DNA of 63,791 bases, the filler included, from Octopus bimaculoides (lineage: Eukaryota): the NCBI RefSeq assembly GCF_001194135.2. It is 5 parts of 5 records of this genome, joined end to end, with 100 filler letters (N's around TTAATTAATTAA, not from the genome) between each part and the next. Parts side by side here need not be neighbours in the genome. Positions count along the whole stretch, not along the records: positions 26,088 to 53,283 come from NC_068987.1; 4 more parts are not named here. One strand, given 5' to 3'. The notes beneath the pieces were generated by a model, which saw nothing but the letters and a program-made list of their open reading frames with translations, ran no database searches and was not told where the DNA came from. Positions 38,321 to 50,499 of this stretch are shown piece by piece (position 1 is the first letter of the stretch; each line of letters starts with the position of its first letter). A program made the position numbers and the translations under genes.

Positions 38321-39243
38321 GTTTTTTTTTTCTTCTTTCTTCAAATTTTTTCCCATTTCTCGCCGAGTGTTTTCCGTACACCTAGGGCAGAGAAACGTTG
38401 TATGCATTCCCAATTTACACACGCAAATTCATAGGTAAAGCATGTATTTAAGAAAAAAAATAAATAAATAAAATCGTGTTAACTGGAACGACTCATATAC
38501 TAAGAAGAGCATTATCGCTGTGAAAACAACATCCATTCATGATTTTTTATTTTTTATTTTATTATTATTATTATTATTATTATTANNNNNNNNNNNNNNN
38601 NNNNNNNNNNNNNNNNNNNNNNNNNNNNNNNNNNNNNNNNNNNNNNNNNNNNNNNNNNNNNNNNNNNNNNNNNNNNNNNNNNNNNNNNNNNNNNNNNNNN
38701 NNNNNNNNNNNNNNNNNNNNNNNNNNNNNNNNNNNNNNNNNNNNNNNNNNNNNNNNNNNNNNNNNNNNNNNNNNNNNNNNNNNNNNNNNNNNNNNNNNNN
38801 NNNNNNNNNNNNNNNNNNNNNNNNNNNNNNNNNNNNNNNNNNNNNNNNNNNNNNNNNNNNNNNNNNNNNNNNNNNNNNNNNNNNNNNNNNNNNNNNNNNN
38901 NNNNNNNNNNNNNNNNNNNNNNNNNNNNNNNNNNNNNNNNNNNNNNNNNNNNNNNNNNNNNNNNNNNNNNNNNNNNNNNNNNNNNNNNNNNNNNNNNNNN
39001 NNNNNNNNNNNNNNNNNNNNNNNNNNNNNNNNNNNNNNNNNNNNNNNNNNNNNNNNNNNNNNNNNNNNNNNNNNNNNNNNNNNNNNNNNNNNNNNNNNNN
39101 NNNNNNNNNNNNNNNNNNNNNNNNNNNNNNNNNNNNNNNNNNNNNNNNNNNNNNNNNNNNNNNNNNNNNNNNNNNNNNNNNNNNNNNNNNNNNNNNNNNN
39201 NNNNNNNNNNNNNNNNNNNNNNNNNNNNNNNNNNNNNNNNNNN

Positions 39244-39466
39244 ACAGTCATATCAATGAGGAGGCATGATTTTTGTCTGAAGTCTTTCAGCATGATGTCT
39301 GGCCTATTTGCGTCTATCTTTCTGTCAGTTTGAATGGTGAAGTGCCACAGGAGTGCAATGTGATCATTTTCAAGTACTGGGGGTGGTTTGTGTTCCCACC
39401 AGTTTTTATCATGGGGCAATCCAGGTTTTTGCATATTACCCAGTGAATATATTGTGCAGCTCTATC

Positions 39467-39468
<2 letters not shown>
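39244..39468 (-). mobile_element. R4/Dong-like LINE restriction-like endonuclease fragment (3' part in gap)
   Basis: YIHWVICKNL...WWEHKPPPVLENDHIALLWHFTIQTDRKIDANRPDIMLKDFRQKSCLLID contains the PD..D RLE motif. 5' junction runs into (TAA)n. Confidence 0.9.
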
Positions 39469-39542
<74 letters not shown>

Positions 39543-39544
<2 letters not shown>

Positions 39545-39736
39545 GGCGGTGAGCAGAATCGCTAGTTATATATTTCGTCCGTCTTTACGCTCTGATTTCA
39601 AATTCCGTCGAGGTCGACTATGCCTTTCATCGTTTCGGGGTTGATAAATTAAGTACCAGTGCAACACTGCGGTCGATGCAATCGACTAGTCCCTTTACCT
39701 ACAATTTCTGGCCTTGTTCTTATAGTAGAAAGGACT
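39543..39736 (+). mobile_element. SINE family B embedded in (TTA)n
   Basis: AAGGCGG...TTCAAATTCCG.CGAGGTCGACT.TGCCTTTCATC.TTTCGGGG..GATAAA.TAAGTACCAG, flanked by TTA repeats on both sides. Confidence 0.85.
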
Positions 39737-39764
39737 ATCATTATTATTATTATTATTATTATTA

Positions 39765-39825
<61 letters not shown>

Positions 39826-40138
39826 GGTTCAGTAGTTTTATTTTTATAACGTGCTTTCACTTCACTACCGAGCGCAGCTCTGTGCGCCTTGGGTATGTGC
39901 TGTGGATTACTGTGGTGCTCTTATGGTTACTGTATCGAAAGTGTTTTGCGTAGGATGTGTGCAGTAACCAGTAGTGCAATTTTCTGTATGTTATATATAT
40001 TTGTAAGTCCTGGTGTTTTTGTTATGTATTTGTCTGAATATTTTTTTATTATACCTAAGGCACCTACTATGATAGGAATTGTTTCGGTTTTTAGATTCCA
40101 CATTCGAGTTATCTCTAGTTCCAGGTCTTTGTACTTTG
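39826..40138 (-). mobile_element. 5'-truncated R4/Dong-like LINE: uninterrupted C-terminal frame, 3'UTR and (TAA)n tail
   Basis: KYKDLELEITRMWNLKTETIPIIVGALGIIKK...IQKIALLVTAHILRKTLSIQ* (stop at 39927-39929), ~100-bp UTR, TAA arrays on both sides. Confidence 0.9.
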
Positions 40139-40147
40139 TATTTGTAT

Positions 40148-40204
<57 letters not shown>

Positions 40205-40940
40205 TGGTTGGCTTTTGCTTTGTATCTGTACACGTTGACTCCCAGTCTCACCCAGAAACCTCAAAAGTCAACAAGTTAGATGTTCAGGTTGGTGTTATGA
40301 CTAGGGTACCATATATTTGGTTTTGCACAAAGTATTGTTCTTGAGAATGTCTGTCAAAACACAAGAAAATTAGATTGTCTGAAAAGTAGTTTGATTATAA
40401 GGTGATAGTCTGATGCTAAGATAACAGTAAAGGTGTTTTTATTATGATCATCATCATCAACATCATAATCAGCATCATCATCATTATTATCATTAATAAT
40501 AATAATAATAATATTTCAAGAGATTGACGTTACTCTTCACGAAAGTAAAGAAGCAATAAAAAGAACGCGACTGTTATTGGTAATACATAGAGATTGACTC
40601 TGTTTATTAAAATGGAAATGAAACGAATGAACAATATTTCGACACTCCGTGTGTCTTTTACAAGTTCAAAATATAAAATGAAATTAAATTCAAATTTAGG
40701 GAAATGATGAAACATTCAAAATTAAACCGAAATAACTGCGTTTCTTTCCCGGATTATATTTGAATGTTTCAGCTTTACCTATCTTTGAATTTCATTTCCT
40801 TTTCATTTTAATAAACAGAATCAATCTCTATTTATTACCAATAACGATCACGCACTTCTTCTTCTTCTTTTTCTTCTTCTTCTTCTCTTCCTCTTCTTCG
40901 TCGTCGTCGTCTTCGTCATCATCTTCTTCTTCTTCTTCTG

Positions 40941-41014
<74 letters not shown>

Positions 41015-41299
41015 AGAAGTGAAATAATACAGCTTATTATAATAGAACGTCATAACATCTGATGAGTGAAGTGGTGACAAATCACATCGCACATTCAGTA
41101 ATTTTGACGTTTCGAAAGTCTTTAAATACATACAACCAAATCTAATAACAAAGACTATTGAAGAACTGAGAGTTTCGTACGTTAACACTTATCAAACCTA
41201 CAAAATATGCGGCCCTTGCGTAATTCTGCTGCTTCTCCTAAATTTTAGTGTGCATGTATGTGCGTGTGTGTATGCGTGTGTGTGTGCTTGTATGTGTGC

Positions 41300-41369
<70 letters not shown>

Positions 41370-41778
41370 AAGTGTATATTTATTAGATAATTTTCCATCG
41401 ACAGAATGGAGCGAAAATTACTCAAGGGCTGATTTTTCCTGCATGGTGCTCAAGAAATTTAATTATAGAAAGTAATTTTAAAAGATGTATACTCATATAA
41501 TGGGTTGTACTTCTATTGCGTGTTTATACAAGGCTAGAAATGAGAATGAGTGCGTATGTGTGTGTAGCATACATACGTATACATATATAAATATTTACAT
41601 ATACTTACATATATATACATACATACGTATGCATACATACATACACACACACATATATATATATACATAAATACACACACACATACACATATAATATATA
41701 AATACATATACATAGTGAGATAGATAGATAGATAGATAGATAGACAGGAAGACAGACAGGTAGACAGACAGACCGACT

Positions 41779-41836
<58 letters not shown>

Positions 41837-42211
41837 CAGATAGATAGGTAGACAGGTAGATAGACAGAGAGATAGATAGACAGAGAGATAGATAGATTGC
41901 ACTGCAAAATAAAGTGTGGCAGTTTGAAATTATATATACTATTTTGCAATCTGCAGGATTTTTTTGAATTTAAGGAATTGAATAATATATATTTTGAACG
42001 CTATTGTCTCGGATACCAAACTTGCCTGGTAATCACAACAAATTTCAAAGACAAATTTTTCCTAGATAATCAAGTTTGTTACAGATAATTAAATTCGGGA
42101 AAATGTAACAAGTAGAAAATTTAGAAGAGTCATACGTTATCTTTCAACATTTTCTAAATTATTGTAAAGAAATGAAGAAACGCTTCTTCCTTTTCAAATT
42201 AGATGGTAAGG

Positions 42212-42380
42212 TATTTTATTTTTAATTCTCGTTCTGTTTATTTCCTCCTATTCCCCTCTGTTGAAGAGCACAGGCTCAAAATATAAAGGATTTTCTTACG
42301 TTCCCGAGCGTCAAACTAATACACCTCCTTGTTGTTTATACACCTGTCTTCGTCTTTTGTTTTTCTGTAAATATCAACTA
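42212..42380 (+). mobile_element. Repeat family D (hammerhead-like motif; probable Penelope-related non-autonomous repeat), copy 1
   Basis: Colinear with 50500-50665 and, in reverse, 47788-47960. Confidence 0.8.
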
Positions 42381-42383
42381 TTT

Positions 42384-42790
42384 TAACCTTTACTTGTTTC
42401 AGTCATTAGACTGCTGCCATGCTGGAGCACCGCCTTGAACATGTAGTCGGATGAATCGACTTCAGTACTTTTTTTTAAAGCACGGGAGTTATGCTATCGG
42501 TCACTTTTCCGGAAACGCTAAGCTACGGGGATGCAAACACACCAAGACCGGTTGTCGATCAGTGGAGTGAGGGAACACCGGCACAAAGACACAAACAAAA
42601 TGGTAAACACGCGTATACGCGCGCGCGCACACATACACACACACATGTATACGACGGGATTCTTTCAGATTACGTCTATCAAATCTACTCACAAGGTAAA
42701 GGTCGGTCCGATGCTGTAGCAGATGACATTTGCACAAAGTTCCATACAGTAGGACTGAACCTGGAACCTTGTGGTTGAGAAGCAACTTTC
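42384..42790 (-). mobile_element. SINE family C (CORE-like, internal (CA)n), near full length
   Basis: TTTACTTGTTTCAGTCATT.GACTG...GCCATGCTGGAGCACCGCC 3' end and ...GGACTGAACCTGGAACC.TGTGGTTG head. Matches pieces at 53384, 53527, 56200 and 62990. Confidence 0.8.
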
Positions 42791-42894
42791 ATATTACGGG
42801 GAAAATTGACACAATACAAAGCGCGGCTATAATATCGACCTGTTAATTCCCAATTTATGACTACAAAATTAATCAGTCATTATTTTCAAATGTT

Positions 42895-43049
42895 TAAGCC
42901 GGCGAATTAGCAGAAATGTTAGCACGCTGGGCGAAATGCTTAGCTGTATTTCGTCCGTCTTTGCGTTCTGAGTTCAAATTCCGCCGAGTTTGACTTTGCC
43001 TTTCATCCTTTCGGGATCGATACAAGAAGTACCAGCTGCGTACTGAGGT
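42895..43049 (+). mobile_element. SINE family B with head, truncated by gap
   Basis: TAAG.CGGCGA..T.GCAGAA..GTTAGCACGC.GGGCGAAATGCTTAGC head followed by the family B body. Confidence 0.85.
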
Positions 43050-43284
43050 NNNNNNNNNNNNNNNNNNNNNNNNNNNNNNNNNNNNNNNNNNNNNNNNNNN
43101 NNNNNNNNNNNNNNNNNNNNNNNNNNNNNNNNNNNNNNNNNNNNNNNNNNNNNNNNNNNNNNNNNNNNNNNNNNNNNNNNNNNNNNNNNNNNNNNNNNNN
43201 NNNNNNNNNNNNNNNNNNNNNNNNNNTAGAGTAGAAAAGATTATTTTCTAATATTTATGTTTGAAGTCAAAGGCTTCATCAGAA

Positions 43285-43339
43285 TCCATCAGAATCCGGG
43301 TCCTCCATTCTCTCTCCGTTTGGCAATTATATGCCCTTA
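43285..43339 (+). repeat. 55-bp near-exact copy of 45903-45957
   Basis: 54/55 identical (CCTCC vs CCCCC). Preceded by a CATCAGAATC micro-duplication. Confidence 0.9.
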
Positions 43340-44439
43340 TTACGGATTACTTTTGTCCAACTGTTAAGACACGGGGCATAAAAAAAACAACATCGGTTGT
43401 CAAGTGGTAAGATGACAAACACCGACACAAATACGCACGCATACATAATGATACACACACGCACATACAAATATACAGACATATATACTACACACAAATT
43501 CACCCACAAGGTACCCCGGTTGTATAGCAGAAAATACTTGCTCTCAGTGTCGCCCAGTGGTACCGAACCGGATTTCTTTACCGCTGATCGAATAGCTCTC
43601 CCACTCATTTTGGACGCGTGGGATTACATTTGCCAAAATTACATTTGCCCGTCCATCTATCGAGAGCATTCAGTACGATTTGAGGGAACTGGATGGTTAT
43701 TTTTAGCAGGTCAATTGAACAAATAGATTGTTCGTTAAGTCGATTCTCGATGTGTAATCAGAGAATCTGTCCATTCAAACAACCGGTTAGATTTAGATTT
43801 CAAGAATTTATTTCAAGAAACACGAGAAAGAGCAGTACCACAACAAACGAAAACAAAAACAAACAAGAGAAATAACAACCCCAGAAACAAAAACGAAGAA
43901 CATACGGAATACCATTATTTAAGAGAGTATTTGATACAATACCATGATTCTCATCAGGCAAAAGTGCCAAATGATTTTACCAATGAGATCATAAACATTT
44001 ACATACCATATCATATACAAAGTAGTATAGTTTTATGTATGAAACATATAATAGAAAGACAATGACCTTACAGTTAAGGTAATTGTATCCGTATATATTA
44101 ACGATTACTTTCAGAGATAGTGTGTCTTTCCGAAATTCTGAGTTAAAATATTGCTATAAGTATGTAGTGCAGAGCTCATAAAGTAAATTTATAGGCTTGG
44201 ATGTATTCAAATCGTGTTTCTTTTCATTAAGATTGCTTGATTGGAAACGAGATTAAAGCAATTCTACTTGTATCCATAAATCTAGATGGAAATTGCAGAA
44301 GATATGTCTCAAGTGCTAGAAAATGTTTTGCATACACGTCCGGTTAATTTAGCTTTTGCTGGTCAATAACGCAAAATATCAATATAATAATCAGCAGCAG
44401 CTTAAATAGCATCAGATGGACATGAAGCTTAGTATATCA

Positions 44440-44502
44440 CCATGGTCGCCGCCATCACTCTCATCATCATCATCATCATCATCGTCGTCGTGTTCATCAT
44501 CG

Positions 44503-44547
<45 letters not shown>

Positions 44548-44688
44548 CCATCATCACCGTCGTCATCGTCGTTCTCCTCCACTACCACTTCCTCCTCCTC
44601 CTCCTACTCATCTTCATCATCATCATCTTCATCATCATCATCATCATCATCATCTTCAAAATCCTCCTCCTCCTCCTCCTCCTCCTCC

Positions 44689-44726
<38 letters not shown>

Positions 44727-44921
44727 TTCATCGTCGTTATCAACAACAACAACTGCAATTAACTGATGGAATTACTAATGACTTTAACATGAATATCAAT
44801 GTTAGCAGTGGTCATTATTCATATTGTACATATTAATACTGCTACTAGTATTACTATTTTCTTCATTATTGTTGTTGTTCTTGCTGTTGTTGTTGTCGTC
44901 ATTATCCTTCTCCTCCTCCTC
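44440..44921 (+). repeat. Compound (CAT)n/(CCT)n/(CGT)n/(GTT)n low-complexity tract
   Basis: Direct reading; source of the poly-Ser and poly-Ile ORFs. Confidence 0.9.
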
Positions 44922-45051
44922 NNNNNNNNNNNNNNNNNNNNNNNNNNNNNNNNNNNNNNNNNNNNNNNNNNNNNNNNNNNNNNNNNNNNNNNNNNNNNNN
45001 NNNNNNNNNNNNNNNNNNNNNNNNNNNNNNNNNNNNNNNNNNNNNNNNNNN

Positions 45052-45174
45052 CTTTACGTTCACAGTTCAAATTCCGCCGAAGTCGTCTTTACTTTTCATC
45101 CTTTCAGGGTCGATAAAATAAGTACGATGTAATCAACTTACGCCCCACTCCGAAATTGCTGGCATTGAGCCAAA

Positions 45175-45178
<4 letters not shown>
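45052..45178 (+). mobile_element. SINE family B, 3' part with (TTA)n tail
   Basis: GTTCAAATTCCGCCGAAGTCG..TTT.CTTTTCATCCTTTC.GGGTCGATAAAATAAGTAC followed by a long TTA array. Confidence 0.8.
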
Positions 45179-45248
<70 letters not shown>

Positions 45249-45249
45249 C

Positions 45250-45435
45250 ATTGCCTTTGCACAGCTTTTAACGCTGTAGATGTACTACACTGTCAGCTGT
45301 TCACTACCAGTGAACTAAGGTTACACCTCTTATTTTCCAGGCGCCTTCCGTAGTATTCGAGCGGTTCCAAGCAGTGTTGTTTTCTGCCCAGTGCTCCACC
45401 CTTATTGCAACCCCTATTTGTTCTATGAACTATTA
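45250..45435 (-). mobile_element. R4/Dong-like LINE extreme 3' end with (TAA)n tail (second subfamily)
   Basis: After a frameshift it reads QKTTLLGTARILRKA. Short UTR runs into TAA repeats. Confidence 0.8.
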
Positions 45436-45499
45436 TTATGATTAATGTTGTTGTTGCTATCATATCATATGAAACTGACCATGTAATTTCATGCAGAGT

Positions 45500-47760
45500 A
45501 GAATATCATCTCTCTCCTTGGCTATTCGTTATCGGAATTGATTAGCACTCTCAAATCCATTTTTGGTAAATCCCGCGTCCACCGTTACACTTCCTTTTGT
45601 AAATCCCAAGTCCACCTCTAGACTTCTTAATGTGCAGCCTGTGTACGATCGCCTTAGGGTGGAGGGCACCATGCAATGTCATTTTCTTTTGGGTTGTTGA
45701 TCGAGTTCGTTAATCTCCGCTTGTGTCCATTTCAGGATGGATGCACTATAGTGGATTACAGCAACAGCCCATATGTTGATGGCAGTCGCAAGGTTCCTTA
45801 AGTTCAGTTTTGAGAAGTTTGTGGCGCTTCAAATATGCAGTAATGACCTAATCTTTTATTTCTTTGCATGAGATATTGTCCAGCTCCAAGATCCCTATTA
45901 TATCCATCAGAATCCGGGTCCCCCATTCTCTCTCCGTTTGGCAATTATATGCCCTTACAATTTCTTTTTTCCTCTGTTTCAAATTGAGCACCGCACACTT
46001 AGAGATACCGAACTCCATCCCAATATCAATCTTTGTATCTATCCCTATATCCTTACTGCATATCTGTACAGTGTTAACCAGCCTCTCCATTTCAGATTCG
46101 ATTTTTTGCAAACAGTTTTAAATCATTCATGAATTGAAGGCGGCTGAGACGAGGTCCATTCTTTCTCAGCTCGTAGTGCGCGTTGACTATGCGTACGACT
46201 ACAGAAAGTGGGGTCAACGCTATAACAAATAACAGAGGTAAGCGAGGGTCTCCTTGAAAGATACCTCTTTTGATTGTTACCTCGGCTGTGCTGGTTGTTA
46301 AGACGTGTTTTCCAAGTAGGCATGCTGTTCTTAATCAGTGCATATAAGTTCTCAGCTATTCCACACATGTCGTGTGTTTCCAAAATCCACGAATGCGGCA
46401 ACAGGTTTTAAGCTATATGAAAGTCTATCCAGGCCATACACAAGCTTTTTGGTACCGTTTGCAGTTCTTCATTACAACTTTGTCTATCACAAAGTGGTCC
46501 TTGGTGTCCCTGGATCCTTTTCGGCATCCTTTTTGTTCTATTGGAAGTAGATTGTTCTGCAAGGAATGTATATATTTTTCCTGTGTGAATGTCTATTCAT
46601 GCTTTCTGCAGGAGGTTAAGACAAGCATTGGGTCGATAATTCCTAGCCTGAGTGCACTTTGACCGATCGTTCATCAACGATCTTGTCTTTTCCTCTATTA
46701 TCCACTCCGAAACAGGACTCTGTAGGCAATTGTCTAATTACAACGCAATTCGCTTGTGTGTTGACCTAAACCACTTGAGCCAGTAGGCTTGAATTCCGTC
46801 TGGTCCTGCCGCTTTCCAATTTGGCAGTTTTGGTACCTGTGCAATTACATCTTCTGTTGTTAAGCGCAAATGGCCCTGTCGTGGAGCCTCCGGGTGATGG
46901 AGTTCAGATCTCATGAAATTAATCCACTCAGCACCGTGGTTATGGGAAACTTCTTGCTCCCAGATTTTATCCCAACATTAGTGAGTTTCCTCTGCTTCAG
47001 GTGGTATACTATCTTCTGTCTCTCTTCTTCAGCTCTTACGAAATTGCCTCTGGTTATTTCAGAATAACCTGTTTTGCTGGAACTGTGATAGCCGATCAGT
47101 GTAGCGTTGCACCTTTAATGCTTTTTCCCGCTGAAGTTGTTTTAGGGTGTCGATAACAGTCTTGAACCCTTTCTTTTCTATTTGGTATTTGGCATCAAGA
47201 TATGCCCTTTCAGGTTTTTTTTAGCATTTTCAATTGCCCTTCGGACCATTCTTCTAAACGACTCAGATTTTTACCACTTGAAGAAGAGGAAACTCACCAA
47301 TGTTGGAATAAAATCTGGGGGCAAGAAGTTTCCCATAACCACGCTGCTGAGTGGATTAATTCCGTGAGAACCGAAATCCATCTCCCGGGGGCTCCACGAC
47401 AGGGCCATTTGCGCATAACAGCAGAAGATGTAATTGCACAGGTATCAAAACTGCCAAAATCTTCCACATTTTAATATCACCTTCAATTCTCCGCTTCCAC
47501 CATGGCTCTTTCTGTCCGCCTGCTTTCCTCTCTTTCTTTCCAAACATTTCATCTACTAGAATTGAAGCGGATATGATCTAGTCCTTTGCTTGCGTTAGAT
47601 CTGTTGTTAGAATGTTTTTCAGAATCTCATTAACCATTTGGGTCGCGCGTTTCACTTTGTTACGCAGTCGAGGCTTCTCAAATTCACTGGTTTGGTCACT
47701 ATTCTTTTAACTATTATACCCTCGAGTCTTATCATGAGGTCTTTCTGTTCCTAGGTCAGG
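45500..47760 (-). mobile_element. R4/Dong-like LINE remnant: N-terminal region and RT, with an internal inverted insert
   Basis: EPWWKRRIEGDIK, NWKAAGPDGIQAYWLK, AWIDF....PHSWI, RLQFMNDLKLFA (MDD motif), DIGMEFGISKCA, GGRG. Multiple stops and frameshifts. Confidence 0.92.
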
Positions 47761-47787
47761 TTCTTTTCTAATACAGGGTTCCCAGTA

Positions 47788-47960
47788 TTGAAATTTACAG
47801 AAAAACAAAAGACGAAGACAGGTCTATAAACAACAAGCGGGTGCATTAGTTTAACGCCCGAGAAGGTTAGAAAGTCTTTTATGTTTGGAGGCTATGTTCT
47901 TCAACTGAAAGGAATATGAGGAAATAAACACGGAGACAGAGAAAGAGTGGAAAAAAAAAA
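47788..47960 (-). mobile_element. Repeat family D, copy 2
   Basis: Reverse complement of the 42212 and 50500 copies. Confidence 0.8.
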
Positions 47961-48842
47961 TTGGAATTAGTGGTCAATCATGGCGGCTGATAAATACACA
48001 CACACANNNNNNNNNNNNNNNNNNNNNNNNNNNNNNNNNNNNNNNNNNNNNNNNNNNNNNNNNNNNNNNNNNNNNNNNNNNNNNNNNNNNNNNNNNNNNN
48101 NNNNNNNNNNNNNNNNNNNNNNNNNNNNNNNNNNNNNATATATATATATATATATAAGCAAGTGCTGAATAGGACAAACAAAATGAACGAATTTATCGAT
48201 TCCTCTCTGATGAACATCTCCGCTAACACAATAAGCACCATCACGAAGACGATAAATTTTCCCAGAAAGAATAACATGAACTTCAAGAAATATATTTTAC
48301 AAATGACGGAATCTTATATGAAAACTTAATTAAACTGATGTCTTATATTAAAACTTAATTAAATTGTTGTGCTTCAGTATTGCACAACAAAGCATGAGAA
48401 AATAAAAGCTAAAAATCACATTGCATTCAATATTTAAATTTTTACATTCCAGTCTGAATTGAAATCCTTCAAGAAGGGCTTCCTTGTTCATTCATGCGAA
48501 TATTCATTCAATTATATCCTTCCCTAATATCATTCATAATATAACATATGAAATTCTCGAAACATATAATTGTTTATTTTGCGTAAGTTTTATAAGTGCA
48601 CGTTGGTAGAAATATATAAAAGCAATAGATGTACCGCTTGTCTTTCCTATATATATTAATGAAACAAAACTCGAAATGTTTAATCAGGTGTCAAAACTCA
48701 AAACTACATAACTAATTTTGTTAAAACTGAAGATTATCGTACTTTAATCAAACAATAACTAGGAAATTGTGTGTGTTTGTGTGCGTGTGGGTAGGGATGC
48801 AGATGGCTAGCTAGATGGGGTGATAGATAGATAGATAGATAG

Positions 48843-48873
<31 letters not shown>

Positions 48874-48876
48874 CAA

Positions 48877-48956
<80 letters not shown>

Positions 48957-49535
48957 CTGATTGATAGATAGGTAGATAGAGAGACAAAATACCTGTGCTT
49001 TATGGATAGGAATGATATCTTGTGCTTTTATGTTTGTTTCAAACCCACCAGCGATAGAAACGCAGACTGGTTCAACTGCACAAATGAAGCAAGCTGCAGT
49101 ATAATTTTGACGGTTACCTAAATCTTCTTCGAAGAGAACTTCCAACATATATGTCAAATTAATGTGATATTCTCAATGGAAAACTATACAAAGCTATCAG
49201 TGTAAAGTTATTAAAATGTCGGAATTAATCGAGATTTTAAAATTTTGTTAACGGGTAGGAAGGATATTGGGTTAGCCATGGAAGCAACACATCTGTTAAT
49301 TTTGTTTGATATATGCCTCGAAGCACATAAAAAAAACCTTAATTCATCACAAACATAGTTAAAAGTTTAATATAGAATTAATTTAATACAGAATTATGGT
49401 TAAAGTGAAAATATGTAACGCGAAACTCAGTTGAAATCGTGACTCGTTTATAGTTACCTGTGATTTTGTCATATAAATTCGTTCATTTTCTGTTTTCTTT
49501 TTTCTTTCTTTTCTTTGTCCTGTTTCTTACGGACA

Positions 49536-49905
49536 GGAGGCGCAATGGCCAAGTGGTTAGGGCAGCGGAGTTTCGGTCATAAGATCGCGGTTTCGATTCC
49601 CAGACCGGGCGTTGTGAGTGTTTATTGAGCGAAAACACCTAAAGCTCCACGAGGCTCCGGCACGGGATGGTAGCGAACCCTGTTGTACTCTTCCACCACT
49701 TTCTCTTACTTCCTGTTTCTGTTGTGCCTGTAATTCAAAGGGTCAGCTTTGTCACACTGTGTCACGCTGAATCTCCCCGAGAACTACGTTAAGGGTACAC
49801 GTGTCTGTGGAGTGCTCAGCCACTTGCACTTTAATTTCACGAGCAGGTTGTTCCGTTGATCGGATCAACTGGAACCCTCGACATCGTAAGCGACGGAGTG
49901 CCAAC
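49536..49905 (+). mobile_element. SINE family A, full length, with 10-bp target-site duplication
   Basis: CTTACGGACA at 49526-49535 and 49908-49917. Confidence 0.92.
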
Positions 49906-50499
49906 AGCTTACGGACAAGGTTAACAAATCAGAAAATGATATGTTCTCGTTTATTTTTCACGACTTCTTTCAAATTTTCCATTCGCTTGTAAATGTCTTG
50001 ATTAAAGAAATAATCGTGTCTTGACGCTAAGAATTCAAGCCATATTTTCAGCTCAGCCTCCTTATTGAACGAAACGACTAATAGATCGCTGGAGAGCGAG
50101 TGAAAAAAACGAACGTGATAACCTAAATATACTATGTCGGGAAAATACGGTATGTGCGATAGAACAACTTACAAACAGCTCGTAATTAACATTTTTGGTC
50201 GAATTAGCGACGTGGAGGTGAGCGTTGTTGTACTGAAGAAGATGGCACTCCATTGCTCTGTATCTGTAAAGAGGTAAAATTCATTCAAAGTTGTAAAACG
50301 TTAAACAAAATTTATAGAGAAAGATGAAAGTTGAAAGAAACAACCATAAAATCTATGATAAGTGCAGGTGTAGCAGCAGTGTGGTGAGAAGCTTGCTCCG
50401 CAACCACATTAATCTCTTGTTCAGAGACCTGCTGAAGGCACACACTCACACACATATGTATATATATATGTATATATCATGATTGACCGCCAGCTCCAA

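Noticed and set aside
41057-41120. CTGATGA-GTGA...TCAC, resembling a hammerhead core and stem II
   Set aside because: GAAA does not follow the stem.
42185-42212. TTAG|ATG|GTAAGG 3-nt micro-exon-like pattern
   Set aside because: Too short to distinguish from chance, and it borders a repeat.
44416-44766. Poly-Ser and poly-Ile ORFs
   Set aside because: Compound trinucleotide low-complexity tract.
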